This document shows positions 35,195 through 46,989 of a DNA stretch of 64,000 bases, in pieces. Below the pieces are notes generated by a model. That model was not told the DNA's origin. It did no database searches and worked only from the letters and a program-made list of their open reading frames with translations. A program made the translations under genes and the position numbers. Positions within the stretch are counted from its first letter, which is position 1, and every line of letters starts with the position of its first letter. Origin of the DNA: Octopus bimaculoides (Eukaryota); contig NC_068985.1 of NCBI RefSeq assembly GCF_001194135.2, forward strand, positions 32,686,998 through 32,750,997. The letters are read 5' to 3'.

Positions 35195-35530
35195 ATATAT
35201 GTATGTATGTATGTATATTGGTGTTTTTCTCCTGTGTTGGTGGCATGCAATAAGCACCATGCATGCATGGGTTGCCAGTGCCACCTGATTGGCTCCCTGT
35301 GCTGGTGGAACAAAAAGCACCATCCAAACATGGTCGATGCCAGTGCCGCCTGACTGGCTCCCGTGCTGGTGGCATGTAAAAAGCAGGCATTAGAAAGGGC
35401 ATCCAGCTGTAGAAACACAGCCAGATCAGATTGGAGCCTGGTGTGGCCTCCTGGCTTGCCAGTCCCCAGTCAAACCATCCAATCCATACCAGCATGGAAA
35501 ATGGACGTTAATCGATGATGATGATGATTA
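35195..35530 (+). mobile_element. Second RTE 3'-UTR/tail copy
   Basis: ggcatccagctgtagaaac..cagattggagcctggtg..gcatggaaaatggacgttaatcgatgatgatgatg. Confidence 0.8.
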
Positions 35531-35539
35531 CAATCCTGC

Positions 35540-36480
35540 TAAACTCTTTTGAGATCAAGAGCTATCCCTCTGAACAAGCTATTCATTGATTCCTCCAAAA
35601 GGTGTTTGAAGGCTGTCTTGCTATACAATGGAAATAAATATTCATCCATTCCAGTGGCACATTCTGTAAAACTAAAGGAGACATATGAAAATCTAAAAAA
35701 CTTTTGTTAAATATAAAGTATGCAGAATATCACTGGCAAGAATGTGGAGATTTCAAAATTATAGGCATGTTTTTAGGCCAGTGGGCAGGCTACTCATAAA
35801 TGCATGTTTCTTACAGGAATGGGACAGCAGAGCTAAAGAAAAGCACTGGATGGATAAAAACTGGCCACAAAAGAGAAGTTTGTTACCTGGATTTGAAAAC
35901 ATTTTGCTTAAGCCTTCGATTGAACTGGCAAAAGTAGTGTTACCAACTTTGCACATCAAACTGAGTTTGATGAATCGGTTCATAAAATCTTTGCCTACAG
36001 ATGGACCATGTTTGCAGTATCTCTCAAAAAAATTCTCAAAATAACCAATGAGAAAATTAAAGCAGAAATAGTTGTTGGTCCAGATTATGAGAAATCCATG
36101 AATGAATCTCAAAAGCAGGCATGGGTGAGCTTCAAGTGTGTTGTCAAAAACTTTTTGGGAAACAATAAGTGTTCAAATTATAAAATCATAGTTGATACCA
36201 TGTTGCAAAACTTCAAAAAGTTTGGGTGCAGCAAGTGTGTTAAAATGCACTTTCTTTACTCACACCTCGACTATTTCCCAGTGGACCTTGGCAATCTAAG
36301 TGAAGAGCGTGGTGAGAGATTTCACTAAGACACCAAAGAAATGGAGTGGAGGTACCAGGGGAGGTGGAATGTAAATATGATGGTGGATTACTGCTGGACT
36401 CTAAGGAGAGACTGCAAGTAACTATCGAAAGCTGGAAAGAAATTAAAGAAAAGGAAGTTTGGAAAGGAGTAAAATTACTT
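35540..36480 (+). mobile_element. DDE transposase relic, Chapaev3-like (CMC superfamily), 5'-truncated
   Basis: LFIDSSKRCLKAVLLYNGNKY; LPTLHIKLSLMNRFIK; AWVSFK.VV.NFLGN; KMHFLYSHLDYFP..LSEERGERFH*D..RYQGRW..MMVDYCW. Confidence 0.75.
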
Positions 36481-36539
36481 TAAAACCATGGTAAGTGCAT
36501 TAAAAATATATATTTACTTAATATGTAAGCCTACATACA

Positions 36540-36540
<1 letters not shown>

Positions 36541-36586
<46 letters not shown>

Positions 36587-36760
36587 TTAACATCCGCTTT
36601 CCATGCTAGCATGGGTTGGACATTTTGACTGAGGACTGACAAACCAGATGGCTGCACTAGGCTCCAGTCTGATCTGGCAAAGTTTCTACAGCTGGATGCC
36701 CTTCCTAACACCAACCGCTCCAAGAATGTAGTGAGTGCTTTTACGTGCCAGTCAGGTGGT
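36541..36760 (-). mobile_element. RTE 3'-tail copy with long (GAT)n tail
   Basis: (CAT)n at 36541-36585, then ttaacatccgctttccatgctagcatgggttggac..ctacagctggatgcccttcctaacacc. Confidence 0.85.
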
Positions 36761-37091
36761 ATTCATATCTTTTTTATTATTATTCTAGTCATTTGATTTT
36801 AATTTCATCAGCCTTTTATTTAAAAGTCTGCCACAAAAGGAAATGAATGACAAAAAAAATCATCATATCTTTGGCAGCTATTTGTTCAAAATCTGTGTGA
36901 TAGGTAAAAACTAAAAACATATTTGAAATCAGCATTAAAAAATGGTTCAGAATCATCTACAAGTCGACAATCATCATTTACTTCATTTAAAAATACAGTA
37001 TTGTATAATCAGAAATTGAATCTCATTGGCTGTGAGGTTACAGTACTTAACTACAGCCTTACTTCATTCATTTCATTGTGTGTCTGTCAAG

Positions 37092-37125
<34 letters not shown>

Positions 37126-37509
37126 ATACACACAGAGTTACACAATTTATTTGATCAAGAATAATTTTATAATGTCTGAAGCAAGTGTATCCTGCTAACT
37201 CATGTTACATGTCTACACTCCATAATAGCCAGACCTAACTGTCACATGAATTATTTTCCAGATAGAAATATGCATATCCAATGGAAAGTTGGTGATAAGA
37301 ATGTATTTTTCTGTCCTAAAAAAATAGTAACATAAATAATTTGTTTACAATGAATGACCTTTTTTGTCAGTGTTTACAATGAACTGTTTATTCTGTTTTT
37401 CATTGTTTACAAAGGGACCAACAATTTTATGTCAGCAAAAATTATATTAATTGAATTGCACTTATTTTTCAGATCTCAATGCAAAAATGTACTTCACAAG
37501 CCTCTAATA

Positions 37510-39075
37510 CAGTGTTTCCCAAACTTTTCATGCCAAATTGCAATATCGCCCACCTAACGGCCAAAAAATGCTCCATTGCCCACCTGTGTAAAAAAAAAAA
37601 CCCCTGACACAACCCCCAGCACAAAATCCCTTAGGAAAAATCCCCCTTGTATCATTTGACACACACACACACACTATATTGTACACTTGTTGCCCTGTTA
37701 GTACTGTTTGGACTAAATATGTGGTTGTTTATAAATCCCTTATTGTGGGTTTAGTTTTGCTATTAGTGTGAATAAAATTCTAGTGTTAATTCCATATTAT
37801 GCAGACAGATTAACTTCTGGAAACTTGCGTTTTCTTTTACACTGATTTTTATTTACCCCAAATGAATCATTGATCAGAACTACTGATGCAAAAATAAGTA
37901 ATGATTGTATTATAAAGGAAAAGAATAAAACTTTTTTACTGAGAACCATGTGTTTGGTGCAATGCAGCTAGTGCAGATACATTCGGTTTCAAACTTGTCA
38001 ATTTTAGCTGCAAGTCCCCTCGTTGTGTCACATCCAATCTGTAGGCAACCTTATTTGAATCCAGTGCTGTCATGTTTTAATGAGAGTCATCTATAGTTAT
38101 CTTCCCTGTCATATCATTAGCAACTAGGTGGCGCTCGTTACATAGCTATAAAAGATGCACACAGACAGGTAACATCGTCTTTCTCTCACACACTGCCTGC
38201 AGCTAGCTATGGTTTTCTCCATCTCTGTTCCTGCTAGAAGACAACTTCTCGTTGATTGAATTTTTTTACACCAGTCATGGAATATGGCAAGACGAAAACA
38301 TTTCCTTATTCAAATTCCATTCTGTCCTTTGAATGTTAATGTACAAGCTGTGTAAACGCTCTCATCCCAGATTGGAATAAATCCCTCATGTACATGAAGT
38401 CTTCACAAATCTCACACGAGTTGTTGTTGTTCCTCACTAGATTGATCCTAACAGCTATTGAAAGATGACTGAACATTATATTAAAATTAGTGGGCTAAAA
38501 ACCTGCTAAAAGTCCAATTCTTTTATTGCAAAGTAAAGTTCCAACATGGTTAAATCCAGATTCAACCAGGTATGAGGTAGGGAGGTCAAGCAAAAGTAAT
38601 ATCAGATGTTTCCACAGATTGGGTAGGAATTCAATATACTCTGATGGTACTACGAACCTTCTTTGCCATTACGATGATATCACAGTGTGGCATCATTGTC
38701 ATTTTGTAATTCTATCAATTCCTCTTGAATGTCATCCTCACAATTGACTGCATCCACCTCGAACGGATTGGTATACCAATTTGGAATATTCAGTGCAATA
38801 ACATCTTGAAATCACTCCACCATGTTATCGTGCAGTGATTGTAAATAGTTGCGATATGTAGTTAAATCCTCATCAACCAATTCATCTTTCAAAGAATCAA
38901 GTTGTGGAAATTGATGGAATTGATACTTTGAAATGTTAATCTTATACAACATCAATTTTGAAATGAAGGTAATGATAAATGATTTACAATCAATGAGAGT
39001 TTTTCTGTTTCCTTGCAATAACTTATTCAAATCATTTAATTTTATGAGTGGCACTTCTTCACACAGCTCCCCTCG
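37510..39075 (-). mobile_element. hAT (Charlie/Buster-like) transposon 3' part
   Basis: TIR CAGTGTTTCCCAAACTTTT at 37510, preceded by ctctaata (central TA). Minus-strand LNDLNKLLQG..FHQFPQL..WYTNPF..LPTSYLVESGFNHV (hAT dimerisation region). Confidence 0.8.
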
Positions 39076-39109
39076 TCCATCCGCAGTACATGACCATACC
39101 AATGCAAGC

Positions 39110-40275
39110 GTCTCTTTTGCATGCCACATCTGATGCTTCTTATGTCTAACATTTCTCTTAGGGTACTTACACTCTGTTGTGTGTGCACACTGACATTACA
39201 CATCTAGAAGATCATGCTAGCTTCATTTCTTTCAAGCCAACACATGTCTTCAGCAGTCATGGCCCATGTTTCACTACCGTGAAACATGGCAGTTCACACA
39301 CATGCATCATACAATTTACCTTTCACTCTGAGCAAGAGGCCCTTTGTCACCAGTAGGGGTAGAAGCTTTCTGAACTTTGCCCAGGCTATTCTTATTCTAG
39401 TGGTAACACTCACTGAGCATTCACCTCCACTACAGACTTGGTCACCTAGGTCGCGGAAGCTATCAACTACTTCTAGTTTCTGCCCCTGGCATGTGATGGA
39501 GTCTGTTTTCTGAGCATCTATGGTGTTAGGGTTAGGGTTAGGGTTGGGGTTTCTGCTGCACGTGAAAGCTATCTTCCTGGTTAATCTTCCTTTGATGTTG
39601 CTGTACCTCTTATGTGTCCATAGCTTACACTGGGTACATCTTATGGAGTTTCTACCTACACCTTTTCTACAGATCGAGTAGGGCCACCTACCTGAAGGGG
39701 TGTGCAATGTGTTCACCTTCCTACTTACTAGAACTTTGGTCTTTGCAACATTGACTCTAAGGTCCTTCGATTCTAAATGTTGCTTCCACACTTGAAGTTT
39801 CTTCTCTAGTTCTGGTAGTGATTCTGCTCTGAGGGCCAGGTCATCAGCATAGAGGAGTTCCCAGGGGCAACCTGTCTTAAATTCTTGTGTTATTACCTGG
39901 GGCTGAGGGCTGATCCTTGGTGGAACTTACTTCTACCCGGAATTTTTCATTATACTCATTTCCAATCCTAACCCCACTAACGACATCTCTGTATAGGGCC
40001 TGTAAAGCTCTTATTAACCATTCTTCAATTCCCAGTTTCCACATGGCCCACCAGATAAGGGATTGGACTGTCAAAGGCTTTCTCCAAGTCCACAAAATCC
40101 AAATATAGGGGTTTATCTTTGGCTAGGTATTTCTGCAGTTGCTGTACCAGGAATATAGCTTCTACCTGGCACAAAACCAAACTGCATCTCATCTAAGCAG
40201 ATTCTCTCCCTAATTAGTTGAGTTATGATCCTCTCCATGACCATCACCTGATTAGTTGGGCTATGACCCTCCCCG
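39110..40275 (-). mobile_element. RTE LINE copy C (RT to C-terminus)
   Basis: FVDLEKAF; KLGIEEWLIRALQALY; LLYADDL; LRVNVAKTKVL..WPYSICRKGVGRNSIRCTQC..WTHKRYS. Confidence 0.92.
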
Positions 40276-42289
40276 TGATCAAATATACCAAAAATAATTT
40301 AATCCCAGTAGGCAAGGAAAACTTCTGTTCTCTTTCTTAGTCTATTAATAAACAGTTTTCTTTTTTTATCCAATATTTGTTTCATTAATTTTGACTAATG
40401 TTTTCCATATTTTGTGCAAAACTATCCAAAATCTTCATCTGTACAATACATTTCCAAATTCTTTTCGTTAGTTTACCAACTTTCTCACTTCCTTCTCTTA
40501 TCAAAATTTGCTTATTGTAGACAATTATGACTGCAGCTGTTGCAGCATGCAATCAATACATATATAATGAACTAAAGAGCCTTTTTGGTTTGTTACTTGA
40601 ATGTATAGCAAAAACATTCCTAAATGAAATTCTGTGTCAAAAATGTTTTCTTTCTTTTCAATTGTGAGTTATTGAAATTAGAAATACAGTGTGCAAACTG
40701 AAGCTGGTATTTGGCAAATAGATTGGTGTAGATTAATAGGAGATGAATGTGTAGAATATTGACAACCATATGGATATATTAAGTGTTTGAAAAATGAGGG
40801 GATATAGTATATCAGATTAGTAGTAGAGTTGAATTAGCTGAATGGATATGGTGTCAGCCTCATTGCTAAAAGGTTATGATATATATTACACGAAAGTAAA
40901 ACAGATAGGTATTGAAAAAGAATGATTCAGACATAACACTGAATTGATGGGAAGATGAGAACTTCATATTGTCTAATACAAGAATGAATAAATGAATCCA
41001 TTTATGTGGAAAAACAGACAAAAATATACAGTGATTTAAACATTAGATGGCGGTGAGTTAAGATTAATGATTTTATTAATCATTAATAGTTTATTTGAAA
41101 ACATTTCTGTTAATCATATTTTTAACATTTATTAACATGGTTAGTTTCCACCAAATTAACTTTTAATTTTCATTAGATTTTTGTTAGCAATATAGGGCAT
41201 GTTAATGTAAAAGAATTGCTCTAAAAATATACAAGATATCTAAATTTGCAAAAAAATAAACATTCCTTTTGTACTAGTATGGAAAAAGGATATAAAATAG
41301 TCTCAAAATACAAGGAAGTATCAAGTATGAAGTAGTACACTCATTCTTGAATACTTTATATAATATTCTCAACCAACTTTAATATAAAGATAGTTAAAGA
41401 AACTAATGTAGTTATTAAAAATCTATATCACAGAAGCTAGGTTACAACAGCTATACTGTTTTACAAAATGTAGACAAGTTACATCTCATTAAATATAAGA
41501 ACTATGGTGACATCACAATATGAAAGATGCTTTTGCATCTTCGTGCATAGAAATGCCTTTTCCATACCCGATGTCAAGTCCTACTTAGAATAGAAATATC
41601 TTTCACTCAACAATCAAAATTTAGAACAATCTTCCAGAAGCTGCAATTTGAATCATCTCCATCAATGGTATCTAATTTTTCAGAAGTTACACATAAGTTA
41701 AAGCGAATCATAGAGGGTTTCTCCTTGTAACCTAAATATCTAACGAGGCTATTGTTCAGAAAGTCATATATTATGCAAAAAAAAAAAAAGGAAAAAACCA
41801 CATAGTTTGTATGGTTAAAATAAATGAACAAAATGTAGATTTTAATAGGCATTACAGGATCAGTTCAATTGAGATTCAGGCAAAATTTAATAGAATAAAA
41901 TTTTATTACATGATTAAATAATGTAAGCAAATCTCTTGGGAATTGGTACTATATTTAGTAAAATTTAATAGAGAAATATTTTCTGATGATTCTTTTTTCA
42001 AACATATGTTGCAAAATGGTTTGAGATTAAAAAAAAATATGAATATGACAAACATGAAATTGTTAAATAGTTGAATTTTCCTTTCATGGCACCAAGCAAA
42101 TACATCAGTTACATGACTGCTCCTCAAAAAAAGAAAACAAGTTAAAGCTGGAATGGATGAAACAGCTATATTAAAGGCAAAAGCAATAACTATACAAAAT
42201 GTATAATAAATATTATAAATATTGTTTTAATTTATGCATAATTTATGTATTCTTGTTTTCAACCTGAATTTGTAATGACAATGTAAACT

Positions 42290-43030
42290 TCTTTTGATTA
42301 AGGTATCTTTTACATGTTGCTGCGTGGGCGCTTTTATGTGGCACCATATGAGTACTTTTATGTGGTGTTGCATGGGTACTTTTATGTGACACTGCCACAA
42401 GTGCTTTACACCACCAGAAGGATCAGTTTTAACACTTCTGTTGTGAAGCACTGGTATCTCAGTCCTTTCTTATTTTGCCTAAAAGGATCAGCTTCCTGAC
42501 ATTGTTCTTTAGGACTTCCTCCCATGTCTTCCCGAGTCTCCCACTTCCATGTGTTCCATATACTTTGAGAAATCAGCACTTTTTTTATGTAGCTGTTGAC
42601 ATCCATTCACGTCACATGACCAAACCAGTACAGTCTTTTCTCTTGTACACAGCAACCAATTCCTCTTATGCCTAACTGCTCTCTCAGAACACTGGCACTC
42701 TGTCAAACATGTACACTTACATTATACATTCAGCGAAGCATACTAGCCCCATTCCTTTCTAACCTTTGCATGTCCTCTGCATTTAGAGCCCACTTCTCAC
42801 TATCATGTAGAATTGCTGTCCACATACATGCATCATACAATGTTCCTTTCACTTGGAGAGAGAAACCTATTGTGGCCAACAGAGGTAAAAGCTTTCTGAA
42901 TTTCCTTCATCCTATTCTTATTCTAGCTATCACACTCTCCATGCATCATCCATCACTACTTATTTGGTTCCCTAGGGAGCAGAAGTTATCTACTACCTCT
43001 AATGAGCCACCATGGCATTTGAGAGAATTT
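42290..43030 (-). mobile_element. RTE LINE 3' fragment with 3'-UTR tandem repeats
   Basis: EVVDNFCSLGNQIS; RLYWFGHVM-like; ~20-bp (ca)cataaaagtacc repeats at 42310-42400. Confidence 0.85.
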
Positions 43031-43393
43031 CTTGAATTTCTAAAATTTTTATAGATCCTGTGCATCTTCCATATACTAAAACTATCTTCTCTGATAACCT
43101 TCATATATATAAGTGTGTGTGTGTGTGTGTATACCCAAGTAAGCACATAAATGTGAAATAAGGTGGGAAAAAATAGTACTCAAATACTGGAGGTAGAGTA
43201 ATATGCTTTATTATTAAAGCTGCAAAAACATCACAAAAATATCACAAAAACTGCTTATTAAATTATATTTATCTGTCACCAGATGTGTTGAAACAATTGT
43301 TGTGATTAATAAAAATTCTCGTATATGCCATCTTCTGTCTTTCCTTTACCATTACTGTTATATATATATATGTATATACTTTCATAACACACA

Positions 43394-43432
<39 letters not shown>

Positions 43433-43638
43433 AATGTATATGTATTTTTTCAATGTGTACAAATAACACAGAAAAAAATAAGCAAATAGTTACCAGGGTA
43501 ACAAAAATTCACATAATTGCCAAGGATGATACAGCCTACTTATAAAGGTAGAAATTCCAGGGTTTAGTGAAATGTTTTTGTATAATATAGATAAATTAAG
43601 AAATGGAGTTAAATACAGGTATTATTCAAATCTTTATA

Positions 43639-43726
43639 CTTCCGACATATGTTTCGAAGAAAACATTGGTATTATTCTTGAGGGAATAAAATGATGTAAA
43701 ACAATGTAATCATCTCATCAGGGAAA
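43639..43726 (-). ncRNA. Type I hammerhead ribozyme with complete catalytic core
   Basis: TTTCC-CTGATGA-[stem II, 10/13 bp plus inner ttattc/gaataa hairpin]-GAAA-C-ATAT-G-TC^GGAAG; predicted cleavage between 43644 and 43643. Confidence 0.85.
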
Positions 43727-44231
43727 AAAGAGATACAAAACATTTTAACCGAATGTGATTACTGCGTATATGATGAAGGGAACACTGGCAAGTTATTTTC
43801 TAAAAAACCCTTAATAGATTTAACATCAAAAGCAATTTAGAGAAAGAGAAGGAGGAGAAAGAAAGAAATTAACAGAAAATTAAGAGTGGAGAAATATAGT
43901 GCGATAGATGAGTGGAAATAAAGCTTAAAGGCATATAAATAGATATATGTTGTGGAAATGAATTTTATCTGTCTTTTTACATTTCATTTCCACTACATAT
44001 ATCTATTTATATGCCTTTAAGCTTTACTTCCACTCATCTATCACACTATATTTCTCCACTCTTAATTTTCTGTTAATTTCTTTCTTTCTCCTCCTTCTCT
44101 TTCTCTAAATTGCCTTTGACATTAAATCTATTAATGGTTTTTTAAAAAATAACTTGCCAGTGTTCCCTTCATCATATACGCGGTAATCACATTCAGTTAA
44201 AATGGCTTATTGATGTGTTTTGTTTCTCTTT

Positions 44232-44319
44232 TTTCCCTGATGAGATGATTACATTGTTTTACATCATTTTATTCCCTCAGGAATAATACCAATGTTTTCT
44301 TTGAAGCATATGTTGGAAG
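44232..44319 (+). ncRNA. Hammerhead copy in the right arm with core mutations
   Basis: CTGATGA at 44237; C11.1->T (44302), GAAA->GAAG (44306), GUC->GUU (44314). Confidence 0.75.
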
Positions 44320-44359
44320 TATAAGGATTTGAATAATATCTGCGTTTAACTCTATTTCT

Positions 44360-44363
<4 letters not shown>

Positions 44364-44420
<57 letters not shown>

Positions 44421-44440
44421 TCTCTCTGTTTGTTTGTCTG

Positions 44441-44514
<74 letters not shown>

Positions 44515-44515
44515 A
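44364..44515. repeat. Compound microsatellite (TC)n-(TCTA)n
   Basis: Directly visible. Confidence 0.97.
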
Positions 44516-45425
44516 TACACCAGTTGAAAAAGGTGACTTGGAAACTCTGGTTTGGAATGAGAGACCAATAGAATAAGTATCAGTCCTTAAAAAAAAAAAG
44601 AAGCACTGGGATAAGAAAGGTAAGATATATTCTTCAGTACTGAATACTCATACAAAATAAACCTGAATCAGCAATAAAACAATCTTGCAAATTGACTAAA
44701 TACCCATTTCTTATTTAAATCTGCCCGACTATAAGGAAAGCTTTAAGTCTTTTTGAATAGGCAAGTCTTTGATCTCTGCTTCACAGGTCAGTAAAGACAT
44801 CAGTACTTCAGGAGAAAATATGTTAACTGCATGTTTGCTGTCTAAACACAGCTGGATGGCATGCAATAAACTTTCTACTTTTCTCTACCTTTCTCTCTTT
44901 GACTTCCCACTCTTTTTTCCTTTTTGTGTCTCTTTTTCATGCTCCCTTCATGAAGAGAATAATAGAATATGCTTTTTCTTACAATGACTGAAAGGCAAGC
45001 AGAAAAAATTCTGCTTTCCACCACTTTTCTCTCTTTGACCTCCCACTCTTTTGCTTTTTTCTTTCATGCTCCCTCCACAAATGGAATAGAACAGGAAAGC
45101 AATTAATTCTCTGCTTTTCCTTCTTTTCTTGTTAAGCAAACAGGTCCTTCCTCTACTTACACTTCTTAAATAATATTGATTATTTATAATTTATACTAAG
45201 AAATGAAGAAATGGGTGATCTAGTCTTTTTCATTTGCAAAATGAGCCCCCTTTAATTTTGTTCAGATTGCTTTCAATTTTGGTGTATTGATGCAACTCTG
45301 AATTTTGATTATGATTAACCAATTACTTTATCTCATAAATTAAAGGATCTGATGTTATTTGGAATTAAAGTTGAGAAATTTGGGCAATTTTAGCCAATCA
45401 ACAGACAGCATGGCATTAGCAGCTT

Positions 45426-45439
45426 GTTACCATGACAAC
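45426..45439. promoter_or_regulatory. RFX X-box-like motif with nearby CCAAT
   Basis: GTTACCATGACAAC fits GTHNYY-AT-RRNAAC; CCAAT at 45394-45398. Confidence 0.4.
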
Positions 45440-46989
45440 TGCATGCTGTGTTGTGGGTCACTTCACTGTTGTTACATATTTTTCTGTGCTTTTGTGTGTT
45501 AGTATTTTTCAGTTGTTTTTCTGTGTTAGTATTTTTGCATATTGTTCATTTCATATATTTTTCATATATATTCAGGGACTCATTGATTCAAATAGCTGGA
45601 TTTATGATTTCATTGGGTGAATTTTATTCATAAAAATTTTAATCAAGAGTATTTCTTAAACCGTTAGCTTCATATTTCAACAGCTTAACTGAAATTTAGC
45701 CCATGTAACAGGAACTGAGAGGGATATTGTGGAACAGAGAAACTGTGGGTGATACAGCTAATTTGACATTATTTTTGAATTCTGCATACAAAAACATATA
45801 AGATACAGGTATTCTTTTCCTTGGGACAAATTCTTTGTTGACCAGTGTTATTCTTATCATAGTTTACAAATCCAAGCATGAGAACGTTACTCAACTTTGG
45901 AGTTTTAGAGGCAGGTGCCCAAAACTTCACACACACACACGCACGCACGCACACATGAATGCATAAATGTACATATAACTTATATATGAATACATACATC
46001 CACATGCACTTATATATTAATGATGTACACAAATACATGACAGGCATACATAATACTGAAATACGCATAAAGTAAACACGTGCAGACAAATATATTAATA
46101 TAAGTAATTAAAGAAATAATTAAAAAATACACTCAATGAAGAGACAAAAGAAACAGTAAGATGATACATGTTGATTTTATTAGGTATTTCTGTTTATTTA
46201 GAAACCTATAATGAACAGGTCATGTCACAGATGCTAAACTATAAATTTCACAGTGTACAACCTTAAAGTTGACACCGCTCCACTAAACGCAGAAAATTTT
46301 TGTCTCACTATTGACTAAAAATACAGTTTTTCCAATTTTTAAACCTCTATAACTTTTTCCTCCAATTTTTTTCTCCACAACATCATACCTTCATAGCAAC
46401 AAGACTAGAAGATTACATTATTATAACCAATTTTCAGATTTTTTACTTCTTTTTAAAAAATGCATATTTTGTGAATGAAAAAACTAGATCCGGAATGGGA
46501 AATACAAAAAAATATCATGAGTACAAGGATAAAATTATTTATCCAAGAAAAAGAAGTAAGGCATGCAGTGCATATGTTGCATACATAGACCCTTCACCCC
46601 TGATATAAACATATATGTACACATACACACAAATATTTTCATAGAAATAAATAGAAATGTGCAATAAAACAAACATTAAATAAAATAGGATATGATTAAA
46701 GGAAATAAACTATGAAAGATTACTAGTTAAGTTGAGATTTGGTACTCCACAACCCTTTTCACTTAACTGTTTCTTAAATTGTGAGCAAGCATAACCAAAA
46801 GCACCAGTAAGCATCGTTTAGGATATTTGGTATTAGAAAACACCAACATTTTGAGAATAACCTTTTAAGTTTGTTGTAATCTCATAGTTTTAGTTTTAAT
46901 AACATTCTATCTTTTACATGTTGTTGTATTCTGAACTGTATTCTGTTGTTGTATTCTGTTTGTATGTCATAACTTTTTTGAGAAATCTT

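Larger units (their letters stand above)
43595..44363. repeat. Foldback: ~370/380-bp inverted arms with a ~20-bp spacer; each arm carries a hammerhead motif (Penelope terminal-repeat-like)
   Basis: 43595-43962 is the reverse complement of 43983-44363 with ~20 substitutions counted by eye plus one ~12-bp indel. Confidence 0.92.

Noticed and set aside
41600-41740. Open frames on both strands (TIFQKLQFES.. / GYKEKPSMIRF..)
   Set aside because: Weak splice signals and no family match; indistinguishable from chance.
42300-42400. CRISPR-like array of ~20-bp repeats
   Set aside because: Eukaryotic context; the repeats are contiguous and belong to the RTE 3' UTR, with no unique spacers.
44730-44878. 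Protein-like minus-strand peptide VESLLHAIQLCLDSKHAVNIFSPEV...
   Set aside because: In-frame stop just upstream and a purine-rich context with no acceptor; cannot be placed in a gene.
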